A DNA stretch of 28,183 bases, taken from positions 62,001-90,183 of IMG/VR virus record IMGVR_UViG_3300001605_000015, one strand, 5' to 3'. Positions 7,866-15,296 of the stretch are shown piece by piece. The position numbers and the translations under genes were made by a program. Position 1 is the stretch's first letter; the number at the start of each line of letters is the position of its first letter. The stretch is from an uncultured virus (IMG/VR IMGVR_UViG_3300001605_000015). Lineage: Duplodnaviria > Heunggongvirae > Uroviricota > Caudoviricetes. The notes beneath the pieces were generated by a model. It made no database searches and was not told the DNA's origin. It was given only the letters and a program-made list of their open reading frames with translations.

Positions 7866-8289
7866 CCCTCTTTCCGACTCGAGTTCGTCCCATCCTACCA
7901 CGTCCGATCCGCGATTCGCAAGCGGAATCGTCATGCTGCATCGCGGAATCTTATCTGCCCCCTTTGCCCCTATACGGGGCGCAACCGCCCCCCCCTTGCC
8001 CCCTGCCCCCCCGGCAACCGGGGGCAAGCGACGACTCGCGGGGCAACCGTCGCGGGGCATTGCCCCCTGCCCCTATAACCGGTTATAGCGCCCCCCTGCC
8101 CCGTCGCGGCAACCGTCGCAACCGCCCCCGGCAATCGCCTGCCCCGTCCTGCCCCGTAGCGCCCCGCCTAGCGCCATTGCCCCCTTTTCTGCCCCTACCC
8201 TAGCGCAAAGCGGACTCGCCCCCCTACGGGGCATTTTTCGGGGGTCTACGGGGCATCACACTTTTTTATCTTTTCTTGCGGATTGCCCC

Positions 8290-8318
8290 TTGCCCCCGTC
8301 GCGCCCCTGCCCTAAATA
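8290..8318 (+). promoter_or_regulatory. sigma70-like promoter
   Basis: TTGCCC-N17-TAAATA, then a 5' hairpin CCGGGG...CCCCGG. Confidence 0.55.
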
Positions 8319-8389
8319 TCAATTCACCGGGGCGCAATCCTGCCCCCGGCAATTCGCCCCCAACGCGGGGCTTATACGGGAAAACCGCC

Positions 8390-8887
8390 ATGCAAACGAA
8401 AATTCGCAACCGCAAAACCGCCCCCGCAACCGTCGCAACCGAATCCGATGCGATTGCCCCCGTCGCAACCGATGCGGCAACCGTCGCGGCAACCGATACC
8501 CCCGCAACCGATACCCCTGCCCCCGTCGCGGATATTGCCTATAAAACCGCGTCACGCGATGCGGCAACCGTTACCGCCATGCGCACGAATTTTGCACAAT
8601 ATTCGGACCGCGACTCGGCTTACCTTGCCTTTTTCGGTCACGTTATGCGGGGCGCGGGGCATAGCGCGACTCTTGCGGAAATTCACAAAGCCGGAACGCC
8701 TGCCCCCGGCAAAACCGAACGTCGCGCGAATCCGTTCTATACCGGTAGCGCGAAAGCAACCGATGCGGGGGCAATCAACCGACTCGTTAAAGCCGGATAT
8801 TTCACGGTATCGGATAGCGGCAACCGACTCGCGGCAACCGATAAAGCGATTGCATCAAAACCATATAACGCAACCGCAACCGCATAA
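8390..8887 (+). CDS. hypothetical protein; likely distant third member of the gp158/gp5627 family
   Basis: YSDRDSAYL ~ MTDKDHGFL; TDAGAINRL ~ ADAGRIGRL; ATDKA ~ LTDKA; A/T/P-rich N-terminal linker. Confidence 0.75.
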   Translation: MQTKIRNRKTAPATVATESDAIAPVATDAATVAATDTPATDTPAPVADIAYKTASRDAATVTAMRTNFAQYSDRDSAYLAFFGHVMRGAGHSATLAEIHKAGTPAPGKTERRANPFYTGSAKATDAGAINRLVKAGYFTVSDSGNRLAATDKAIASKPYNATATA

Positions 8888-8897
8888 GCGAATCAAC

Positions 8898-8921
8898 GGG
8901 GCGGGGTATACCCCCCGCCCC
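8898..8921 (+). terminator. GC-rich stem-loop after gene 8390
   Basis: GGGGCGGGG-TATACC-CCCCGCCCC; no U-tail. Confidence 0.45.
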
Positions 8922-8984
8922 TACCCCCTAGCGAATCTTTCAACGATTCGCGAATCACCCACCCCCCTATCTCCGGTTGTCCGT

Positions 8985-9051
8985 AAAATTTTAGCAAGTA
9001 TTGACGGAATGACCTTTAACTAATTCTTATGGAAAATTTTAGCAAGTATTG
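8985..9051 (+). repeat. 19-bp direct repeat
   Basis: AAAATTTTAGCAAGTATTG at 8985-9003 and 9033-9051. Confidence 0.9.
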
Positions 9052-9280
9052 TCAAAAAGACCCCTCACCCCCCCTCCAAACTGACGGGCTGTTTCTTGCT
9101 ATAACTGGTTATTAGGGTTGGTTCCAAAAAATACTATACTGGTTTTTCAAAAAGGGTTGGTTAGTTGGTTGGTTGGACGGTAATCTTTCTTTGCGTCTAA
9201 TGATAATCTGCTTCGCAAACCTGTCGGTCTACTATATAATACATTCTTATACATGTAATCTACGGACCACGGGGCAATCA

Positions 9281-9751
9281 ATGGCAATCATCAGAAAACG
9301 GAATGTGACGACAAAAGCTACAAAACCTACTACGCAATCCTTACGGACTAGCAAGGTTGGGTCAAACAAAATATCGGGCGATGATTACATCAGCCCGTCT
9401 ACTCCTGATGATCGCGGATATTACAACGAGCACAACATATGGGTAAACGGTTCCCGCATGTCTTTGGAGCTTCGCTTCGATCAACTAGTATATAAAACGC
9501 TTCCGCGTCTTGCCAAGGAACAGGGCTGGGTTATCAAATTCGATCATTGCTTTATGCGTGTGCTCTATGACAATGCCTTTGGCGATTCGTGGTATAACTG
9601 TTTGCCCAAGCATAGTGATCGCGTGTTGCGTCGTATTCCGACAGCTATTCTTATGGAGGCGGTTCGTCTTGGCGACGAGCTTGTATTGTATAACGGCGTT
9701 GATTTGGATAGAATGAATGAGCAATCACTCATATGGAGACGGAAAAAATGA
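9281..9751 (+). CDS. conserved hypothetical protein
   Basis: WxIxFDHCFxRVLxDN...LxxxNxxSLxWR pattern resembles a small bacterial protein family (from recall); leader GACCACGGGG. Confidence 0.65.
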   Translation: MAIIRKRNVTTKATKPTTQSLRTSKVGSNKISGDDYISPSTPDDRGYYNEHNIWVNGSRMSLELRFDQLVYKTLPRLAKEQGWVIKFDHCFMRVLYDNAFGDSWYNCLPKHSDRVLRRIPTAILMEAVRLGDELVLYNGVDLDRMNEQSLIWRRKK

Positions 9752-10191
9752 ACGACTTCGAAGTGCATCCCGTTGGAACTGGTAATAAACTTGCTAAGTT
9801 CGAGAAACGTCTCTGCGTGAATTGCGGTCGGCACGTCGATGCTTCGCATGATCGTTCGGAAAGCTTAAAGGGTTGTCCAAGTCCCGATGCTTGCACTTTC
9901 GACATGACGATGGAAGAGGCGTTGCAGCATTGGCGGGTCAAAGCTCATCAAGAGCGTGAACGTGCGGACAATTTAGCTGCTTTGCTTAAATCTGACGACG
10001 CTATAACAGGTTATAAAAAAGTGCGTCACGTAAAACGTGGTTCGGAATACATGGTTATCGGCCACGGTAAAATACAGACGGATAAGCCTCTGTCCGATTA
10101 TCACGAGGTTATCGTTTACGTTGGTGAAAACGGATCGCTGTGGGTTCGTCCCGTGTCCGAGTTCATGGACGGAAGATTTGAGAACCTATGA
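9748..10191 (+). CDS. Cys-rich N-terminal domain plus DUF1653-like C-terminal domain
   Basis: RHVKRGSEYMVIG...VIVY...LWVRPVSEFMDGRF; ATGA overlap. Confidence 0.7.
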   Translation: MNDFEVHPVGTGNKLAKFEKRLCVNCGRHVDASHDRSESLKGCPSPDACTFDMTMEEALQHWRVKAHQERERADNLAALLKSDDAITGYKKVRHVKRGSEYMVIGHGKIQTDKPLSDYHEVIVYVGENGSLWVRPVSEFMDGRFENL

Positions 10192-10739
10192 GCAATGCGC
10201 TTTCGCTGGATGCGCTTGAAGGTCGCATAAACAGCTTAAAGAAAAATGCGTCGTTCTTTATCAATCAAAGGCGACGGGACGTTGATCTTTATTCGCTTCT
10301 GGCGGAAGCTCTTCGCGTCTGTGAGTATGTCGAAGAACAGGGATTACATGCGTTGTTACGGGATCGGGTTGCGTCTCGTAGTATCGACGGCAAAAAACGA
10401 TCTTACGTTGAACGTAACTCCGATGTGTTTGTGTTAGTTGGTCGTGCCATATTCGAACCAGAAATAAACCGATCTGCTTCTTGGCGCTATTCCGCTACGT
10501 TACGCGAAGCGAGTAAATACGGATTGACAAGTAACGATTTGGTTGAATGGCTAAAGGAGTATGGCGGCATAAATGCTTTGTTTCGCACAAGGCCCGTCAA
10601 CTCTAGGACTGCGGATACGAAAACACTACATCTTACTTCGAGTATTACAGTTCCGAAATATGAGGAATTTACGATAACTCTCCGTAGAAATGACAAAGGT
10701 TATTTCGATGTGATACGTTTGCATTCGGGCAATATGTAG
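10188..10739 (+). CDS. hypothetical protein
   Basis: ATGA overlap; 183 aa. Confidence 0.75.
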   Translation: MSNALSLDALEGRINSLKKNASFFINQRRRDVDLYSLLAEALRVCEYVEEQGLHALLRDRVASRSIDGKKRSYVERNSDVFVLVGRAIFEPEINRSASWRYSATLREASKYGLTSNDLVEWLKEYGGINALFRTRPVNSRTADTKTLHLTSSITVPKYEEFTITLRRNDKGYFDVIRLHSGNM

Positions 10740-10900
10740 TTTCTCTGTTTATTATGCTATAACATGTTATAACGGTGTTAGGTTCTAATAAAATATCGCG
10801 GGGGTTGGGGAGTATAGCGTTATTGCTTTTTTGATATTTTGCCTATACTCTATAAATTGCGCATAGCGGTTATGCGTAAATCAAAAAAGGAGAGATGCTC

Positions 10901-11059
10901 ATGAAACTGCTCGGCTTTATTGCTGCCGCTGGTCTGGTCGCGCTTGCGCCTATGGCCGAAGCGTATACGTCTACGCGATGCACGACTATCGGCGGTGGCA
11001 CGTATACCACGACACGCTGCACCACTGTTGGCGGCACTGTTCGCTGCACGTCTTACTGA
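10901..11059 (+). CDS. small exported peptide (52 aa, not in ORF track)
   Basis: AAGGAG RBS; signal peptide MKLLGFIAAAGLVALAPMAEA; mature part has RCT x3. Confidence 0.75.
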   Translation: MKLLGFIAAAGLVALAPMAEAYTSTRCTTIGGGTYTTTRCTTVGGTVRCTSY

Positions 11060-11089
11060 CGTATCTTTGACCACGGAGAGGAAACTACA

Positions 11090-11398
11090 ATGAGAACCAC
11101 GATTTTTGCTTGTGCCATGTTGTTCTGTGGGGCGGCGTTTGCACAAGATACGAATACCGAAGCTCCTGTCGATGGTTGCACGGTTATCGGCACTCTTGCC
11201 GAGAGCATCATGACTGGTCGGCAAAACGGCGTTCCCATGTCGCGCATGATGGAAGTTGCGGCTGATAACGAGCTTGTGCGGGCTATTGTGATTGCGGCCT
11301 ACGATCAGCCTCGTATGTCCGTTGATCGCAACGTGCAGCGCAGTATCGCAGACTTTCAAAATGACGTGATGCTTCAATGTTATCAGGCGTTGGACTAA
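11090..11398 (+). CDS. exported (signal peptide) hypothetical protein
   Basis: MRTTIFACAMLFCGAAFA/QD; GACCACGGAGAGG leader. Confidence 0.8.
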   Translation: MRTTIFACAMLFCGAAFAQDTNTEAPVDGCTVIGTLAESIMTGRQNGVPMSRMMEVAADNELVRAIVIAAYDQPRMSVDRNVQRSIADFQNDVMLQCYQALD

Positions 11399-11416
11399 TA
11401 ACGGGTTATAGCAGCA

Positions 11417-11566
11417 ATGGAATGGTCGTTGATCTGGATTTACGATGGCGGCTTTTCCGTTGTTGCTACTTTTCCCACATTGCTTGAATGCGTCGAAATG
11501 CTGGATTATTACATGCTTGAGTATGTTAGTCCGGCTTTTGTATGTCACAGGCAATTCTGGATATAA
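11417..11566 (+). CDS. small hypothetical protein (49 aa)
   Basis: MEWSLIWIYDGG...CHRQFWI fills the intergenic gap; no SD. Confidence 0.5.
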   Translation: MEWSLIWIYDGGFSVVATFPTLLECVEMLDYYMLEYVSPAFVCHRQFWI

Positions 11567-11580
11567 AGAGCAGGAGCGTT

Positions 11581-12237
11581 ATGGAATACTCAGCAAAGCT
11601 TATCGCAGTAACGAAGCCTCTGGATGGTAGTTCACCAGAGGACTTGATTGTTTACTGTGCGCGGGTCAGCAATCCCGCAAACCAGAATAACTACAACACA
11701 GCACTTGGGTTGTTGCGATACCTGATGCGGGAAAAGCATTGGTCGCCGTTCGAGATGTCTCACGCGGTTGTCGAAGTCGAATGCCCGCGAGACATTGCTC
11801 GGCAAATTCTTCGACATAGGTCGTTTTCGTTTCAAGAGTTTTCTCAGCGATACGCGGCTGTGCTCGGCATGATTTCTCGTGAGTTTCGGCGGCAGGATCA
11901 CAAGAACCGCCAGAACTCTATCAACGATCTGCCCGCATGGAAACGTGTGCTTTTGAACGCGCTTACGTGGGCGCTTATTCGGTATGTGAGTTTCGTATAT
12001 ACGCTTGCGTTGCGCTTGGATATTGCCAAGGAAACAGCGCGGGTCATTCTTCCAGAAGGTCTTACGATCAGTCGCCTTTACATGGCAGGCACGGTTCGCT
12101 CGTTCCTGCACTATCTAGAGGTTCGGGAAGGCAATGGGACACAGTACGAGCACATACTCGTTGCCAGAGAAATACGGAAAGCCCTGAGTGCAGAGTTTCC
12201 GGTAATCTTCGGAGATGGTCATGACAAGAACGCTTGA
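11581..12237 (+). CDS. thyX: FAD-dependent thymidylate synthase
   Basis: ARVS, HWSPFE, RHRSFSFQEFSQRY and AKETARVILP motifs; AGGAG RBS before ATG 11581. Confidence 0.95.
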   Translation: MEYSAKLIAVTKPLDGSSPEDLIVYCARVSNPANQNNYNTALGLLRYLMREKHWSPFEMSHAVVEVECPRDIARQILRHRSFSFQEFSQRYAAVLGMISREFRRQDHKNRQNSINDLPAWKRVLLNALTWALIRYVSFVYTLALRLDIAKETARVILPEGLTISRLYMAGTVRSFLHYLEVREGNGTQYEHILVAREIRKALSAEFPVIFGDGHDKNA

Positions 12238-12433
12238 GGAATGGGAAGCAGTCAAGAAGCAGCGTAGCTATGTGATGCCGAAAGCGCGTCTGTGGAAGCG
12301 GCTTTGGGGTGTGCGTCACATTCGCGCAGTATACCGCTTGTATCGTTACCTTGTTGTTTTTCGCAAGAACAACGCCTATACACATTGGTTGTGTCATGGC
12401 ATCTGGCTTGGAAAGGAAGAACGATGGCGATGA
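12221..12433 (+). CDS. hypothetical basic protein
   Basis: GGAG RBS; overlaps both neighbours. Confidence 0.6.
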   Translation: MTRTLEEWEAVKKQRSYVMPKARLWKRLWGVRHIRAVYRLYRYLVVFRKNNAYTHWLCHGIWLGKEERWR

Positions 12434-12618
12434 AATACTTCTACTGGCAGCGTTCCTTTTCCGGTCGCTGGTCTCCCGCAGCTTCGGCAGATATGCCCTC
12501 GGACAAGCGGGCAGAGGGTAAAAACCCTTTCGCTTTTGCAGGCGTTGTGACGCTTTCACAAGACGAGGGTAACATGACGCTTAAAGAGCTTGCGGAAAAG
12601 TATCCCCCTCCCCAATAA
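12430..12618 (+). CDS. hypothetical protein
   Basis: ATGA overlap; MKYFYWQRSFSGRWSP... Confidence 0.6.
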   Translation: MKYFYWQRSFSGRWSPAASADMPSDKRAEGKNPFAFAGVVTLSQDEGNMTLKELAEKYPPPQ

Positions 12619-12664
12619 CCTGTTACTATGATATAGGTGGTCAAACAAACATTGGAGGTTTGCC

Positions 12665-12838
12665 ATGACCACCTATTCAGCATCTCTACCCAAATACAGG
12701 GGTCGTAAAACCTTTCGTAATGGTCTTGCCTATCTCGGCGCTGGTCCTACTGAAAATCGTGTCTGGGTAAAAGACAACGTGAGCGGCTTGTTATCCGCTA
12801 TATACACAGGTAATGTGCTGCTGTTCACCGCACCGTAA
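12665..12838 (+). CDS. small hypothetical protein (57 aa, not in ORF track)
   Basis: GGAGG RBS; MTTYSASLPKYRGRK...LFTAP. Confidence 0.65.
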   Translation: MTTYSASLPKYRGRKTFRNGLAYLGAGPTENRVWVKDNVSGLLSAIYTGNVLLFTAP

Positions 12839-12854
12839 TAACAGGGTTACAGCG

Positions 12855-13049
12855 ATGCTCAAAGACATCGAATATCGCATAAAGCAGGCTGGTGGCATAG
12901 AGAGCTATGCTGCTGGCCTTGGTCTTTCTGCAAAGTTTGTGCGGATGGTTCTTGAGAAAAAGCGACTTCCATCTGACGTAATGATTGCTGATCTTGGTGC
13001 CTACAAATACCGTGTCTACTGTCGAACTATCGGAAAACCAAATGGGTAA
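12855..13049 (+). CDS. small HTH (Cro-like) protein
   Basis: GIESYAAGLGLSAKFVRMVLEKKRLPS. Confidence 0.6.
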   Translation: MLKDIEYRIKQAGGIESYAAGLGLSAKFVRMVLEKKRLPSDVMIADLGAYKYRVYCRTIGKPNG

Positions 13050-13578
13050 ACGAACCAACTACTCGCGCCATCCAAGAGACTTATATCCTACGCCATTGAA
13101 AGCTGCGTTGCCGTTGCTCAGCTTCATTCGCGGCAAGACCTTTTGTGAGCCTTGCGCTGCCCAAGGTCGTCTCATAAGACACTTGTCATTAGCGGCAGAA
13201 TGCGTGGCTGCTTACGACATTCATCCCTTACGCAAGACTGTAAACGCACTTGATGCGTCACAGCTAACAGAGCAGCACCTTAATGGTGCGGACATGATCA
13301 TCACCAATCCGCCGTGGCACCACAGTTTGCTCTACCCCATGTTAGACAGGTTCATAGAGCTTAGGCCGACATGGTTGCTTTTGAGCGCGGCTCTTGTGAA
13401 TAACGAGCGTTTCGGTGACAGGTATATGCCGTATTGCAGCGATGTGCAGACTGTTGGTCGCGTAAGCTGGATGAACAATGGCAAAGGCGGTTACGACGAT
13501 GCGGCATGGTATCGGTTTGATCGTTCATGGAACTACGCATATTACCGTGGGTGGAAACGTAAGTTCGACGGCAGGTAG
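13042..13578 (+). CDS. DNA N6-adenine/N4-cytosine methyltransferase
   Basis: DLYPTP, EPCAAQG (motif I), IITNPPW (motif IV). Confidence 0.85.
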   Translation: MGKRTNYSRHPRDLYPTPLKAALPLLSFIRGKTFCEPCAAQGRLIRHLSLAAECVAAYDIHPLRKTVNALDASQLTEQHLNGADMIITNPPWHHSLLYPMLDRFIELRPTWLLLSAALVNNERFGDRYMPYCSDVQTVGRVSWMNNGKGGYDDAAWYRFDRSWNYAYYRGWKRKFDGR

Positions 13579-13641
13579 TATCTAACCTATTGCCAACAAA
13601 GGCATCCTGCGATAACATTCCGTATAACCACGGGAGCTTAC

Positions 13642-13863
13642 ATGGAACACTCAAAGAAACCGCAGCCCGCGCTGCTATATCTGGTATTAGCCATCCATTG
13701 TGCTTTCGGTGGTTTGTTTGCTTTTTGCTTTAACTACTTGTTTATATGGCTAACTTTCGAACCAGTAGGAGCCTTTGTTTGCGGCGTTGCCGGGGCTATA
13801 GGTTCTTTCACACTGACGTTTTTCACCATATCTAAATCAAAGAAAAACGGACCTAAGCAATGA
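13642..13863 (+). CDS. two-TM membrane protein, holin candidate
   Basis: two hydrophobic segments and a basic C-tail; about 600 bp upstream of the lysin; holin role is inferred. Confidence 0.5.
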   Translation: MEHSKKPQPALLYLVLAIHCAFGGLFAFCFNYLFIWLTFEPVGAFVCGVAGAIGSFTLTFFTISKSKKNGPKQ

Positions 13864-14228
13864 GCAGGTCGTTTTCCATGTTTTCCTTAACCAAGCCCTG
13901 CAACAACTGTCCGTTTAGGAAATCGTCAGGTGGTTTGTTTGGGCTTCATAACGAGCGTCTAGAAGAGATATTCGAAGCGCCTTCCTTCCAGTGCCACAAA
14001 AGCGTTGACTATTCTGGCGACGATCCTGCGCACGGTGATCGACCCATACAGTGTGCGGGGCTTATCGCTCTGCAACACAAAGAAGGAAAACCAAACCAGA
14101 TAACTCAAGTAGCTAACCGATTGATCGGCTATAACCCGGTTATAATAGACGGAAGCGATGTTTTCGATAGCTACGATGAGTGCCTATCCTACCATAACCT
14201 GTGCAAACGAGGCTCCGATGAAAACTAA
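13860..14228 (+). CDS. Cys/His metal-binding protein (DUF6283-like)
   Basis: PCNNCPFR...FQCHK...CAG. Confidence 0.65.
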   Translation: MSRSFSMFSLTKPCNNCPFRKSSGGLFGLHNERLEEIFEAPSFQCHKSVDYSGDDPAHGDRPIQCAGLIALQHKEGKPNQITQVANRLIGYNPVIIDGSDVFDSYDECLSYHNLCKRGSDEN

Positions 14229-14457
14229 ATACCACAACATAATGGCAACTTTGCTACGAGAAACCGAGCAGGCGGTTTGCGTGAATGCGACCCACGCCGA
14301 ATACGGTGTGTTCCCCGGTCTATGGATTCCTAAAAGCGTTATCTTAGAGGATTCCTTGGAAGAGATTGAGGAAAGCGGCGACGGCGACGAACTGGAAATC
14401 TTCATTGCTGCTTGGTGGCTTCGCAGAAACTTTTCTGACAACCCAAACGGAAGGTAA
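14218..14457 (+). CDS. hypothetical protein
   Basis: GAGG RBS; RETEQAV...WIPKSVI pattern. Confidence 0.65.
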   Translation: MKTKYHNIMATLLRETEQAVCVNATHAEYGVFPGLWIPKSVILEDSLEEIEESGDGDELEIFIAAWWLRRNFSDNPNGR

Positions 14458-14461
14458 CGCT

Positions 14462-15133
14462 ATGCGTGACGATATACGAAGCATTCAGCAAGGCTTGATT
14501 GGCCTTGGTTACGATCTAGGACGCGCAGGAGCCGATGGTATTTACGGCCCCGCAACAGAAAGAGCGGCTCGTGCATGGATTGCGCGAACAGGACGGGAAG
14601 CACCTGCGCCGGAACCCATCTCTGCCGGAAAACTTCCCACCCTTTCTTGGCTTGAGGAAGGTAAAACTGTTTTTGGACTTCACGAGACTCGCGACAATGC
14701 CCGATTGAAAGCATGGCTTCGCTCGGACGGCAAAACTCTTGGTGATCCGAAAGCATTGCCTTGGTGCGGGGATTACGTCGAAACCGCTATCAAGAACGCA
14801 CTTCCGTCAGAGCCTTTCACTGGACCGCTTGGCGAGAATCCTTATTGGGCAAGAAACTGGATTTTCTTTGGTAGGACCGTAAATCCCTGCTATGGTTGCG
14901 TTCTTGTGTTTCAGCGTCCTAGCGGCGGTCATGTCGGCTTTGCTGTTGGTGAGGATACCACTGATTACTACGTCCTCGGAGGCAATCAAAGCGACTCTGT
15001 GAACATCGTTCGTATTTCAAAGAGTCGTTTGCTTCCGTCTGGTGCGCGGTGGCCTTCCACGCATGGCGGTGACGGAGTAAAGCTGCCGATCATGAGTCCC
15101 GGTTCGATCCCTCGTTCAACCAACGAGTTCTAA
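14462..15133 (+). CDS. endolysin-like: PG-binding domain plus NlpC/P60 (TIGR02594-type) peptidase
   Basis: GADGIYGPATERA; PWC...GGHVGF...VLGGNQSDSV. Confidence 0.88.
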   Translation: MRDDIRSIQQGLIGLGYDLGRAGADGIYGPATERAARAWIARTGREAPAPEPISAGKLPTLSWLEEGKTVFGLHETRDNARLKAWLRSDGKTLGDPKALPWCGDYVETAIKNALPSEPFTGPLGENPYWARNWIFFGRTVNPCYGCVLVFQRPSGGHVGFAVGEDTTDYYVLGGNQSDSVNIVRISKSRLLPSGARWPSTHGGDGVKLPIMSPGSIPRSTNEF

Positions 15134-15142
15134 CAAACGGGC

Positions 15143-15171
15143 TTGCGGATACAGATACCCGCTGCTAATAT
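15143..15171 (+). promoter_or_regulatory. sigma70-like promoter for the candidate sRNA
   Basis: TTGCGG-N17-TAATAT, same style as the early promoters. Confidence 0.6.
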
Positions 15172-15176
15172 CACCT

Positions 15177-15278
15177 TCGTCGGCCCCCTCATATACGCCG
15201 ATGCTCCGTGGTCGAGCACCCTTTTAGACGAGGCTTCGTGGTTGCTGCCGTTTGAGTCTTTAAGGGTGCTCGATTTTC
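15177..15278 (+). ncRNA. candidate trans-acting antisense sRNA
   Basis: perfect 12-bp stem TCGAGCACCCTT/AAGGGTGCTCGA followed by TTTT; two GCT(C/T)CGTGGT segments complementary to the RBS motif. Confidence 0.6.
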
Positions 15279-15296
15279 TATAACAGGGTTATAACC

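Larger units (their letters stand above)
7885..8977 (+). other. restricted-vocabulary segment: no WGD words on the + strand, GANTC-rich, many GCAACCG and TGCCCC
   Basis: manual scan: every TG and AG is followed by C. Confidence 0.85.

Noticed and set aside
8276..8389. Upstream TTG start for gene 8390, and alternative-frame ORF 8448..9023
   Set aside because: The extension overlaps the predicted promoter; alternative frames stay open because TGA is absent from this segment.
11930..12025. Hydrophobic, basic segment inside ThyX as an insertion, intein or TM helix
   Set aside because: Lies in the variable helical region; protein length is normal and there are no intein motifs.
13042..13578. Methyltransferase as part of an R-M system or as the reader of the WGD pattern
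   Set aside because: No cognate nuclease is evident, and specificity cannot be inferred from sequence.
15177..15278. tRNA interpretation of the structured intergenic region
   Set aside because: No cloverleaf, T-loop GTTC or CCA end.
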